NCBI GenBank assembly: GCA_963835575.1
Contig: CAWIGG010000004.1
Span: 768,001-832,000, forward strand
Direction of reading: 5' to 3'
Source: an uncultured Spirochaetota bacterium
Lineage (GTDB): Bacteria > Spirochaetota > Brevinematia > Brevinematales > JAOACQ01
Length of the DNA stretch: 64,000 bases
A program made the position numbers and the translations under genes. Every line of letters starts with the position of its first letter. Position 1 is the stretch's first letter. Positions 51,454 through 61,183 of the stretch are shown here, piece after piece. The notes under the pieces are model-generated. The model worked only from the letters and a program-made list of their open reading frames with translations, made no database searches and was not told the DNA's origin.

Positions 51454-52593
51454 ATGTTATATGCGCTGCTCATTTCATTAAAAGCAAAATTAATTTTATT
51501 TAATTTATTAAATTATATCACTTTCCGGGCCATGGCCGCATTTGTTACGGCTTTCATAATAGGTGTTATTGTAGCTCCGTATTGTATAAAAAAATTCAAG
51601 GAAATCGGTATTAAACAGGCAATCAGGAATGATGGTCCTGAAAGCCATCAAGCGAAGTCAGGAACGCCTACAATGGGCGGTATTTTTATACTTATTGCGG
51701 CGCTTGTATCCATTCTTTTATGGGCAAAGTTTAATTATTATGTTTTTGTTGTCAGTCTGGGCATTGTCCTGTTTGGAACAATAGGATTTCTGGATGATTA
51801 TCTTAAAATAAAATTCAAGAACTCAAAAGGAGTCAAAGGAAGAATTAAAATTTCCCTCCAGGTATTAGTGTCGCTTATATTGATAATGCTTCTTTACTTA
51901 AATCCAAGCCTGTCAGATGCCAAATTAATTAAATTATATCCCGATTTGCAGAATATATTATGGAAATTTTACATACCGATTATAGATAAGCCGCTCTTTA
52001 CCTGGCCGCCTGTTTTGGCATGTTTATTTTATGTTTTCACAATGGTTGCTTTCTCCAACGCAATGAATTTATCAGACGGGCTGGACGGGCTTGCTTCTGG
52101 CATGGGCATTATACTTTATATTCCATTCGGCATCATTGCTTATGTTATAGGGAATTTTGTCGCGGCGCAGTATTTAAAATATCCTTTTATAATAGGTACA
52201 GGCGAATTGACTGTGATTATCGCCGCTATGATCGGCGGATTAACGGCATTTCTCTGGTACAATATACATCCTGCTGAAGTATTCATGGGAGATACCGGTT
52301 CGCTTTCTATGGGCGGTACAATCGCTCTTATCGCCATAATACTTAAACAGGAGATACTTCTGCTTATTGCCGGCGGTATGTTTGTTTTCGAGACATTATC
52401 TGTCGTAATGCAGACAAGTTATTTTAAATATACAAAGAGGAAATACGGAGCGGGCAAGAGATTCTTTCTCATGGCGCCTATTCACCATCATTTTGAAAAG
52501 AAGGGCTGGAAAGAAACAAAGGTCGTAATCAGGTTCTGGATCCTATCAGCGCTTTGCGCTCTGGCTGCTTTAGCGACATTAAAAGTGAGATAA
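51454..52593 (+). CDS. mraY: Phospho-N-acetylmuramoyl-pentapeptide transferase
   Basis: KSGTPTMGG, GFLDDYLK, NAMNLSDGLDGL, VFMGDTGS, MAPIHHHFE. Confidence 0.96.
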   Translation: MLYALLISLKAKLILFNLLNYITFRAMAAFVTAFIIGVIVAPYCIKKFKEIGIKQAIRNDGPESHQAKSGTPTMGGIFILIAALVSILLWAKFNYYVFVVSLGIVLFGTIGFLDDYLKIKFKNSKGVKGRIKISLQVLVSLILIMLLYLNPSLSDAKLIKLYPDLQNILWKFYIPIIDKPLFTWPPVLACLFYVFTMVAFSNAMNLSDGLDGLASGMGIILYIPFGIIAYVIGNFVAAQYLKYPFIIGTGELTVIIAAMIGGLTAFLWYNIHPAEVFMGDTGSLSMGGTIALIAIILKQEILLLIAGGMFVFETLSVVMQTSYFKYTKRKYGAGKRFFLMAPIHHHFEKKGWKETKVVIRFWILSALCALAALATLKVR

Positions 52594-52607
52594 TCAGGAG
52601 GTCAGAT

Positions 52608-53174
52608 ATGAAAAAAATTCAGTTAAATACTGTTCACAAAAAAGATTTATTGAAAGCAGCCCGGTTGACCATTGAACGGATGTTAACTGGAAAAAGCGAA
52701 GCCGATATGCCTCCTCTCTCGGATGAAGTCTTTTCTGAAAAATACGGGATTTTTTTAACTCTGACCATTAAAGGAAATTTAAGAGGCTGTATCGGCCATA
52801 TAGAAGGCATAAAGCCGTTGCGGGAGGCTGTTAAAGATATGGCTATTGAAGCGGCCTTTCATGATCCCAGATTTTCACCTTTAAACAAGGAGGAATTAAA
52901 TCAGATTTCCCTGGAAATTTCCATTCTCTACCCGCTGGAGGAAGTCAAAGATTATAATGCGATAAAACCGGGCAGGGATGGGCTTGTTATGGAAAGAGGT
53001 TATCAGAGAGGATTACTCCTGCCTCAGGTTGCGGCAGAATACGGCTGGAACAGGGAAGAGTTTATGAATCAAACCTGCCGGAAAGCCGGCATGGAAAGTT
53101 ACTGCTGGGAAAATGATGCAAAAGTTTATAAATTTGAAGCGGAAGTTTTTAATGAAAAAGAACTCGGTTTATAG
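52608..53174 (+). CDS. amrA: AMMECR1-family protein (AmmeMemoRadiSam protein A)
   Basis: FLTL...LRGCIG, AAFHDPRF, EISIL, GLLLPQVA. Confidence 0.85.
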   Translation: MKKIQLNTVHKKDLLKAARLTIERMLTGKSEADMPPLSDEVFSEKYGIFLTLTIKGNLRGCIGHIEGIKPLREAVKDMAIEAAFHDPRFSPLNKEELNQISLEISILYPLEEVKDYNAIKPGRDGLVMERGYQRGLLLPQVAAEYGWNREEFMNQTCRKAGMESYCWENDAKVYKFEAEVFNEKELGL

Positions 53175-53190
53175 CGGCTGTATATAAGAT

Positions 53191-54240
53191 ATGTTTATAA
53201 AAAAACACTGGAAAACAATATTACTTTTCGCGGCAATATTTATTGCCGTCTTTTTAATATTATTTATAATTTCCCTATCAAATCAGAGGCTTAAAGAAGC
53301 CGAAATAAATGCTGATACCAGTGTGCTTAATTATAATGTTTTTGCCGGCTGGAAAGGCACAAACGGAGAAGTTGTAAAATCGCTCACAGTTGAAGGTACA
53401 AATCTTTATTTAGCTTGCGGATATGATGGTTTTTATGTATTTGATTATTTAACGCTGAATAAATTAAGCTCTTTCAGCACAGATTATTCTGTGAATGATA
53501 TATCAGTAAAAACTTATTTAACGAACACATTCGCTTTTTTAGCCGTCGGCGGATTTAATAATCAGGGCGGACTATTAATCTGCAGTATTAAAGATCTATC
53601 CAATATCAGCATCATTAATTCGGTTCTCACCGATGATTTAAATGTTCAATCCTTATATGTGGTTACTAGTAATGACAGGCAGATGGATATTTTGATAACG
53701 GATAACAAGACAGGATATAGGTATTTTTCTTATGATGCTGAAAAAAACGATTTATTACTAAAAAAGACAACAAATCCATCCGCTTATACGTCAATTGATA
53801 TTGAGGCTAATAAGAAAGTTGTCTGTGTTGCATCAAAAGAAGGGACAATCTATATTTATAATTGGGAAGGCATTCTGCAGAGTAAAATCAGTAATTCACT
53901 CGCTATGCCCAATAATATTTTCATAAATATGGATACTCTTTCTGTGGCAGACCGTATGAACGGAGTCATGCTTTATGATTTATCCAGTCCTAAAAACCCG
54001 AGATATCTTACCAGTTATAATACTTCCGGCGATACATTCGATGTTCTCAAGAATGGCGATAAAATTATTATAGCGGATGGTATGAATGGCGTCATTTTGG
54101 TAAAAATGGAAAATAATGACACTTTTACATTAGAAAAGCAGTATAACGACGGAGCTTTGTACAATAAACTGTTTTATATAGTCAGTAATGACATCCTCTA
54201 TGCGGAGAGCGGAAAGGACGGGATAAAGATTTTAAAGTGA
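53191..54240 (+). CDS. Membrane-anchored LVIVD-repeat beta-propeller protein
   Basis: N-terminal TM helix; repeats YLACGYDGFYVFD, VADRMNGVMLYDLSSPKNP, IADGMNGV. Confidence 0.7.
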   Translation: MFIKKHWKTILLFAAIFIAVFLILFIISLSNQRLKEAEINADTSVLNYNVFAGWKGTNGEVVKSLTVEGTNLYLACGYDGFYVFDYLTLNKLSSFSTDYSVNDISVKTYLTNTFAFLAVGGFNNQGGLLICSIKDLSNISIINSVLTDDLNVQSLYVVTSNDRQMDILITDNKTGYRYFSYDAEKNDLLLKKTTNPSAYTSIDIEANKKVVCVASKEGTIYIYNWEGILQSKISNSLAMPNNIFINMDTLSVADRMNGVMLYDLSSPKNPRYLTSYNTSGDTFDVLKNGDKIIIADGMNGVILVKMENNDTFTLEKQYNDGALYNKLFYIVSNDILYAESGKDGIKILK

Positions 54241-54322
54241 TTTTTACTATTGCGGGGCTTTAAAGATATATGCTTTGTCCATCCGATATTTGTTAATAGT
54301 GTGGAAACAAAGTGAGGTGCTT

Positions 54323-55597
54323 ATGCCTGGAGCCCGCGTGAAGGTTATCAGAAAAAAGAGCAGTGTAACGAAGGCAAAACCGAAGCCGCTTGATAAGGAT
54401 GTCAATAAAATAAGAGAACTGCTCCGTATTACTGAAAACCTTAATCATGTCAAGGATTTGGATTCATTATTGGCTAATATTCTTTATGAGGCAAGGCTTT
54501 TTACAAACTCCGACGCAGGATCGATTTACCTTGTTGACGGAGATAAGCTGAAATTCAGTTATGTTCAGAATGACACTCTGGAAAAAGTTGATGAGGCGAA
54601 TAATAAATATATTTATTCCATATTTGAGCTTCCGATAGATGAAAAATCCATGGCCGGCTATGTGGCCTTATCCGGGAAATCCCTGCTGATTGATGATGTT
54701 TATAAAATAGGGAATGATGTTCCTTATGAGTTCAATTCCTACTTTGATACCATGTCAAGCTACCGGACAAAATCAACATTAACTGTGCCTCTTGTGACGA
54801 GCAGGCAGAACATAATCGGCGTTATGCAGATCATCAACGCGAAAAATAAAAAAGGCGCGATTATTCCTTTTACGGAAGAGGACCGGATGTATGTGGCCTT
54901 TTTTGCGAACAATGCCTCGGTTGCGATTGAAAGGGCAAAAATGACAAGAGAGATACTCCTGAGGATGATCAAGATGGCGGAATTGAGAGATCCAAAGGAA
55001 ACGGGAAACCATGTGAACCGTGTCGCCAGTTACAGTATAGAGATTTTTGAAAGATGGGCTAAAAGAAAGAAAATATCCCTTTCGGAGATAAAACAAACAA
55101 AGGACGTTTTAAGAATAGCAGCAATGCTTCATGACGTGGGAAAGGTCGCTATTTCCGATACAATTCTAAAAAAACCAGGCAAATTAACTCCGGAAGAATT
55201 TGAACTTATGAAACTGCATACAATATACGGAGCCAGGCTCTTCGATAATTCTGTTTCGGATTGGGACGCTTTATCGGCCGAAGTGGCCCTGAACCACCAT
55301 GAAAGATGGGACGGAAAGGGTTATATGGGACAGTTTACATATAAAGGAGAAGAGGAATGCTCTGCCGGCCAGGGGAAAAAGGGAGAGGAAATCCCCATAC
55401 TGGGAAGAATTGTCGCCCTTGCGGATGTTTATGATGCCCTGATTTCCACCAGGGTTTATAAAGAATCCTGGCTGGAGGAAGATGTGCTCAGGTATATTAA
55501 AGAAGGTTCCGGAAAGCATTTTGATCCCGAAATTGTGGATGCTTTTTTTTCCATCTATGATGTTATAAAAGCGATCCGTGAGAAATATGCGGATTAG
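54323..55597 (+). CDS. GAF plus HD-GYP cyclic di-nucleotide phosphodiesterase
   Basis: DAGSIYL...YRTKS.LTVPL...GVMQIIN (GAF); RDPKETGNH, HDVGK, HHERWDGKGY, ADVYDAL. Confidence 0.88.
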   Translation: MPGARVKVIRKKSSVTKAKPKPLDKDVNKIRELLRITENLNHVKDLDSLLANILYEARLFTNSDAGSIYLVDGDKLKFSYVQNDTLEKVDEANNKYIYSIFELPIDEKSMAGYVALSGKSLLIDDVYKIGNDVPYEFNSYFDTMSSYRTKSTLTVPLVTSRQNIIGVMQIINAKNKKGAIIPFTEEDRMYVAFFANNASVAIERAKMTREILLRMIKMAELRDPKETGNHVNRVASYSIEIFERWAKRKKISLSEIKQTKDVLRIAAMLHDVGKVAISDTILKKPGKLTPEEFELMKLHTIYGARLFDNSVSDWDALSAEVALNHHERWDGKGYMGQFTYKGEEECSAGQGKKGEEIPILGRIVALADVYDALISTRVYKESWLEEDVLRYIKEGSGKHFDPEIVDAFFSIYDVIKAIREKYAD

Positions 55598-55664
55598 CTT
55601 GAATTGACAGCTTTATTTTACTAAAATCGCATAAGGGCGATAGTGATTTAATTAAGGAAATAAT

Positions 55665-57836
55665 ATGCAGAAGATAAAAAGTTTAAGGGAACTCTCAGGC
55701 GTGATAACAGAGCTGCCCCGCGGGGGGTATTTAGTCGATACGTCCGCCGGCTATATCCAGTTTGGTTCTCCTCCTGAAACTCTCAAGGATACCATTTTCC
55801 TTCCGAAAAGCGTGCCGAATATTTTTGTCCTGCCTATAGAACACTTTGATCCCAAGCATGGGATGAGTGTAGCCGAAATTGAGTTCCCGATCTATTACAA
55901 CTATTTTCTCAGGCAGAAGAAAACAAAGATATTTGTCAATCCGGACCATATTGAAAACATGAAGATTGTTCTTCAGGAAGCTGTGTTCGGACCTCAGGAA
56001 CTGGATATTGAAGGTGATGTGGAAAAAGGGGAGAATTCCCATGTCCCGGATATCATGTCGGAAATGAAGTACTTCCGCGCCGGAAGAAAAATGGAGGACC
56101 TTGTCGATCTTCTGGAATTGAATCCCAGAGGTTTTAATATTGATAAAGTAAAAATTGTTCAGAAACCGGACGGAAGTTTTGATGTCTTTGACAGTGATAA
56201 ATTTTTAGTTACGGTTCCCGCTAAGATCAGTTTTAAGGCGCTTTATGACCTTGGAAAAACATTAAGCGAACCTTTCATTCCGCCCGAATTCGGCATCACA
56301 TGTCTGGGGCCTTCGCATGGCTTTGATCCCGAACAGAACACATCCGGCTTTATTCTCTGGATCAATAAAGTGGGCATTATGGTCGACCCGCCCGCCAATT
56401 CAACCCTGTGGCTTAAAGATTCCAATGTTAATCCTAAATTGATCGATAGTATTATATTTACCCACTGTCATGCGGACCATGACGCCGGGACTTTCCAGAA
56501 AATTCTGGAAGAAACAAAAGTGACGATCTATACAACTCCCACAATTATGCAGAGCTTTATCAGGAAATATTCCGCGCTGACGCGCGTTCCTCCGGCAACC
56601 ATGATTGATCTCTTTAATTTTTATCCGGTTAAAATGAACGCGCAGTACAATATCCATGGCGCTTTATTCAATTTTTATTATTCCCTGCATTCCATCCCTA
56701 CTATAGGTTTTCATTTCAGCTACCGTAATAAGCGGTTTATATATTCCTCAGACCATTTGAATGAACCGAGCATTATAAAAAAATTGAATGAGCAGGGCGT
56801 CATCTGCAAAGAAAGAATGAATCATCTGCTTAATTTTCCCTGGCATTATGATATTATTTACCATGAAGCGGGAATACCGCCGCTTCATACTCCGGTGAGC
56901 TATCTCAACTCATTACCGGCTAATATCCAAAAAAATATCACAGTGTATCATATTGCCGAGAAGGATTTTCCCAAAGACACATTTCTGAAATTGGCCAAAT
57001 TCGGTATCGGCGAGACGATATATCCTGACATTGAAAAATATGAATTTGAAGACGCTTACCGGCTCCTGGATGTCTTCAGCCGTATCGATGTTTTTAAGGA
57101 CCTCCCTTTTGAAAAGGTCAAGGATCTTCTTCTGGTGGCGAAGAAGGAAAAATTTAACAAAGGCGATTATATTATCCGTAAAAACACGCCTGGTGATAAA
57201 TTTTATGTCATTGTTTCCGGTAATGTAAACATCAGCGGATTTGAAAATGGTAATATTAAGGACAAGGTCTATGCCACGTTTGAATATTTCGGCGAGGCAT
57301 CCATAATACTTGGAACTCCAAGAAAAGCGGATGTTACAGCCGTGACAAATGTGGAAGCCTATTCCATCAGCAGGGATTCTTTCCTCAGGCTTATCAGCGA
57401 AACGGCCGTGGAAAAAAACATCCGAAAAGTGGCGACAATACGGAATGAACAGACCTGGACTGCCATCAAATCGAACAACTTTTTCAGAAATCTGACATCT
57501 TTCCAGGTGACAAGCCTGGAGTCTATGATAAAACCGGTTGAATTTGAGAAAGGGGCCGTTCTTTTTGAGGAAGGCAAAAAAAGCAGTAATATCTTTTTGC
57601 TGATTGAAGGCTGTGTCAGCGAGATAAAGAAAGGCAAAGCCGTACGGAAGTGCAATAAAGGTGAAATAATCGGTGATATTTTCGCGATAAAGGACAATAA
57701 ACCGATGGAATCCGCTTATAAGGCCGAAACTCAGGTTAAAATGTACCGGATTGAGGGCAAGGACATTCTTGCGTTTCTGAAGGACAACCCCGGCGTCTTT
57801 ATGAACATGATGTTTGAGAAGGGATATATAAAATAA
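55665..57836 (+). CDS. Metallo-beta-lactamase-fold cyclic-nucleotide phosphodiesterase with two cNMP-binding domains
   Basis: THCHADHDAG, LHSIP, SSDH; cNMP domains GDKFYVIVSG...YFGE...PRKADV and FLLIEG...GEIIGD. Confidence 0.85.
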   Translation: MQKIKSLRELSGVITELPRGGYLVDTSAGYIQFGSPPETLKDTIFLPKSVPNIFVLPIEHFDPKHGMSVAEIEFPIYYNYFLRQKKTKIFVNPDHIENMKIVLQEAVFGPQELDIEGDVEKGENSHVPDIMSEMKYFRAGRKMEDLVDLLELNPRGFNIDKVKIVQKPDGSFDVFDSDKFLVTVPAKISFKALYDLGKTLSEPFIPPEFGITCLGPSHGFDPEQNTSGFILWINKVGIMVDPPANSTLWLKDSNVNPKLIDSIIFTHCHADHDAGTFQKILEETKVTIYTTPTIMQSFIRKYSALTRVPPATMIDLFNFYPVKMNAQYNIHGALFNFYYSLHSIPTIGFHFSYRNKRFIYSSDHLNEPSIIKKLNEQGVICKERMNHLLNFPWHYDIIYHEAGIPPLHTPVSYLNSLPANIQKNITVYHIAEKDFPKDTFLKLAKFGIGETIYPDIEKYEFEDAYRLLDVFSRIDVFKDLPFEKVKDLLLVAKKEKFNKGDYIIRKNTPGDKFYVIVSGNVNISGFENGNIKDKVYATFEYFGEASIILGTPRKADVTAVTNVEAYSISRDSFLRLISETAVEKNIRKVATIRNEQTWTAIKSNNFFRNLTSFQVTSLESMIKPVEFEKGAVLFEEGKKSSNIFLLIEGCVSEIKKGKAVRKCNKGEIIGDIFAIKDNKPMESAYKAETQVKMYRIEGKDILAFLKDNPGVFMNMMFEKGYIK

Positions 57837-58057
57837 GTCAAATTGCAGTCCAATAAAAGCATTTCATGATACATTTAATCTTCCGCGAAGCCACGCTAAG
57901 CCACACTAATAAAATTTCAATTCATATTCATTAGCGTTTATTCGCGTGTCTTAGCGGATTACCCGGTCATTACTCAAATTGTAATTTATGTTCATTTATT
58001 GAAATCGGCGGTGTTATCCCTTATACTATTGGCCCCGTTAAAAGGAGCCGTACACTC

Positions 58058-58855
58058 ATGCTGAAAAAAGGCGATTTTATTTACATTTACCATGACGACA
58101 AGGCGTCCTATATGATGGCATACCAGGAAAAGCTCTCTGTATCCACGCATAAAGGCGAGATCAGGATTCCCGAAGGCGCGGATTACGGCGACTGCGTGCT
58201 GACCAATACCGGCGAGCCTTTTTATCTCTTGCGGCCTGTTCTTTCCGACTATATGATGAAGGTCAAGCGGAGAACAACCATCATCTATCCGAAAGAAGCG
58301 GGGTTTATTATCATTGAGCTTGGGATTTCCTGCAGTAAACGCGTTATAGAAATAGGCACAGGCTCGGGGTCGCTGACAATGCTGCTTTCTAAACTGGTTG
58401 GTGAAAACGGCCGCGTCTATTCATTCGAGCGGAGGGAAGAGCATCTTGAAAACGCTGTGAAAAACGTTAAACGCTTCAGCCCTTTTGATAATGTCGAGTA
58501 TTTCCATAAAGACCCGGTTCTGGAAGGCGGGTTCGGTATTGAAGATGCCGACGCTCTCTTTATCGATGTACCCGAGCCCTGGAAGCTTATTCCGGCCGCC
58601 TATCAAGCGCTCCGCGGGGGCGGTGCCGCCGGCGTCATCTCGCCGAATATAGAGCAGGTGCAGACGACGGTGGATAAAATGAACCAGACAGGATTTGTCC
58701 GGATACGCTGTATGGAAGTCCTTTCGCGCGGGATCAGGATAAAAAAAAACCTGACGCGGCCATTCGACCGGATGATCGGCCATACCGGCTATCTTTATTT
58801 CGCGCATAAGATCAAAAAACACGAGGAAATGAAAGTTATTGATTTTGCTATATAA
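58058..58855 (+). CDS. trmI: tRNA (adenine-58-N1)-methyltransferase
   Basis: RRTTIIYPKE, IEIGTGSGSLT, FERR, FIDVPEPW, RMIGHTGYL. Confidence 0.88.
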   Translation: MLKKGDFIYIYHDDKASYMMAYQEKLSVSTHKGEIRIPEGADYGDCVLTNTGEPFYLLRPVLSDYMMKVKRRTTIIYPKEAGFIIIELGISCSKRVIEIGTGSGSLTMLLSKLVGENGRVYSFERREEHLENAVKNVKRFSPFDNVEYFHKDPVLEGGFGIEDADALFIDVPEPWKLIPAAYQALRGGGAAGVISPNIEQVQTTVDKMNQTGFVRIRCMEVLSRGIRIKKNLTRPFDRMIGHTGYLYFAHKIKKHEEMKVIDFAI

Positions 58856-58909
58856 TTAAATAATATATTCCAATTTATTTCTGAATACGGTCATGTCCAA
58901 AATTAATTT

Positions 58910-59935
58910 TTATTTTGAAAACCATACATCATTAGTAGGATTAAAAATAGCTCCTGCAATAACCCATATTTTATTATTATAAACCAGGCTCGTATGTTCT
59001 GCTCTTCCTGTAAAACCCGTTTTATTGGTAACACAAACCCAGTTTGTCCCATCAACGGAATTCCATACGTCATTTGTATAATGTCCGCCTGCTATTCCGC
59101 CTATAATCCATATTTTATTATCAAAAACAACCGATTGATGGCTATTTCTCGGGTCGAATCCGGCGGAAACAGTTGCACAAGTCCAATTTGTGCCGTCTCC
59201 TGAATACCAGACATCATTAGCATATCCTGATTGTGTGTTGCCGCCGATGATCCATATATTATTATGAAAAACACAGCATGCGGTTAAACATCTTATACTA
59301 AAACGCGCAGAATTAGTCGCACAGACCCAGGTTATTCCATCACCGGAGTACCATACATCATTGGTTGGTTGTGAACTATGAAGTCCGGCCATAATCCAGA
59401 TTTTATTTTTAAAAGAGACACATGAAAAGCCTACTCTTGGACCAAATCCGGCTGATGATATCACGCTAACCCAGTTTGTCCCATCTGTCGATGAAAACAC
59501 ATCGTTTGTTTCCATTCCATTGCATCCGCCGCCGATTATCCACATTTTTCCTGAAAATAAGATAGATGCAAAACGATAACGAGGGCCAAACGGAGCTGAA
59601 TTCACAGAGCAAGACCAGTTTGTCCCGTTGGTTGAATACCATACATCCCCAGCATCTTTACTTAAAATACCATTAGTGCATCCTCCAAAAACCCACATCA
59701 TGTTATTAAATTCAAGCCCTCCCTGGCCATATCTTGGCGAAAAACCGGCAAAGCCTGTCGCGCATTCCCAAATTTTTCCGTCCGGCAAGACCACCGGTGC
59801 GCTGGATGAAGAAACAGAGGAATTTTCATTTGCTACTGCCAGTTTGCTGCTTAATTCATTAAGTGAAGCGCAGGAAACGATGAGTAACGTAACTAAAGAT
59901 ATTATAGCTATAGTGATGGAAATATAACCCTTCAT
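58910..59935 (-). CDS. Lipoprotein with about six kelch-like beta-propeller repeats
   Basis: Lipobox IVSC; repeat unit PR...VF.NKIWIIGG...TNDVW.S.DGTNW. Confidence 0.75.
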   Translation of the reverse strand: MKGYISITIAIISLVTLLIVSCASLNELSSKLAVANENSSVSSSSAPVVLPDGKIWECATGFAGFSPRYGQGGLEFNNMMWVFGGCTNGILSKDAGDVWYSTNGTNWSCSVNSAPFGPRYRFASILFSGKMWIIGGGCNGMETNDVFSSTDGTNWVSVISSAGFGPRVGFSCVSFKNKIWIMAGLHSSQPTNDVWYSGDGITWVCATNSARFSIRCLTACCVFHNNIWIIGGNTQSGYANDVWYSGDGTNWTCATVSAGFDPRNSHQSVVFDNKIWIIGGIAGGHYTNDVWNSVDGTNWVCVTNKTGFTGRAEHTSLVYNNKIWVIAGAIFNPTNDVWFSK

Positions 59936-59995
59936 TTAAGTCCTCCCGGGGTTTATTACTGAAGTATTTATTGTCATAATATCAAGAATTATTGC

Positions 59996-60991
59996 CTACA
60001 TTTTAATAAACCGGATCTCCACGCGCCTGTTTTTCGCCCGGTTGGCGTCAGATGTGTTCGGCACAAGGGGCTTGTCCTTGCCGCGGCCTTTAAAGGTCAC
60101 TTTTTCGGCGGGAATGCCGGCCCCCAGAAAGACATAAGACACATTACGGGCCCGTTTTTCTGAAAGCTTGATGTTATAATCGGGGTCGCCCGTATCATCG
60201 GTAAAGCCTTCTATCAGCACCGAAAACTCGGAATAGTTTTTCGCCATTTCCGCGATTGCTTTTAATGTTTCCATATATTCCGTGTGAATTGCGTCGCTAT
60301 TGACTTCAAACAGTACGTCTGAGATATTAAGCCTTATTTCATTACCGCTTTCCTTAACGGATATAGCCTGTGATTTATTTTTTTGAAGGACTGTGCTGAG
60401 TTCCGATGAGAATTCCTCTGTCTTGGATTGAGTCTGCTTTTCTTGTTTTGAGCCCATGATAAACGTCAGGCTGACCATCATATTCAAATCTGAGAGATAG
60501 TATTGGCCGCGCGGCAGGTCCAGCGGAATATAGCGGTAATCGAGCGTCAGACCGACGGCAAACCAATCTCCAAGAGGGAGATCAATAGTCAGGGAAGGGT
60601 TTACTAAAAAACCCATTCTGCTGACATTTGTGAGGGAATTTCCTAACTGAAGATAAGAAGCTCCCAGGAGAACACATGGCGATACTTCGAGTAATTTTTC
60701 TCCTATGGGAAAACGGTAACCGATTTCAAACCCGCCGCCGAAACCATTAAAGTTCAGGGCAGCAGAAGACAGGGCTCCTGTATAGTAGCCGCCGACACCC
60801 ATAAAAAGCCCTTCTGGGAGAAATCCCATTAGGCTCTTCAGATCTGTCCGCAGTCCCAATCCGGCGCTGTAATTATAGCCGTCTGTATAAAAACCCGCGC
60901 CGGGTTTCAATTGTAGAAACACGGTGCCGGATAATAAATTACAGCTAAATTGTATTGTAAAACAAATTAACATCAGCCGAATACTTTTCAT
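59996..60991 (-). CDS. OmpA-family protein (N-terminal barrel plus C-terminal peptidoglycan-binding domain)
   Basis: DVLFE..S, IEGFTDDTG...NIKLSEKRA, RAKNRRVEI. Confidence 0.85.
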   Translation of the reverse strand: MKSIRLMLICFTIQFSCNLLSGTVFLQLKPGAGFYTDGYNYSAGLGLRTDLKSLMGFLPEGLFMGVGGYYTGALSSAALNFNGFGGGFEIGYRFPIGEKLLEVSPCVLLGASYLQLGNSLTNVSRMGFLVNPSLTIDLPLGDWFAVGLTLDYRYIPLDLPRGQYYLSDLNMMVSLTFIMGSKQEKQTQSKTEEFSSELSTVLQKNKSQAISVKESGNEIRLNISDVLFEVNSDAIHTEYMETLKAIAEMAKNYSEFSVLIEGFTDDTGDPDYNIKLSEKRARNVSYVFLGAGIPAEKVTFKGRGKDKPLVPNTSDANRAKNRRVEIRFIKM

Positions 60992-61183
60992 AATTTCACA
61001 CTCCTCACTTTTTTGGAATTAAACAATAATAAATAATTGTTTTCATATATAATACGTTTTGACCGGCCGAATTTTGAAAAAAATTAAGAAATAATTTTTT
61101 AAAGACAGGATTTAAAAGATGTAAAGAAAACAGCTTATTATTGGCCTTTGATAAAAATGTTGTCTGTTTCAGGAATGGATTTG

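Noticed and set aside
58910..59935. Internal DNA repeats as a diversity-generating retroelement template/variable pair
   Set aside because: Explained by kelch-like protein repeats; no reverse transcriptase and no adenine-specific mismatch pattern.
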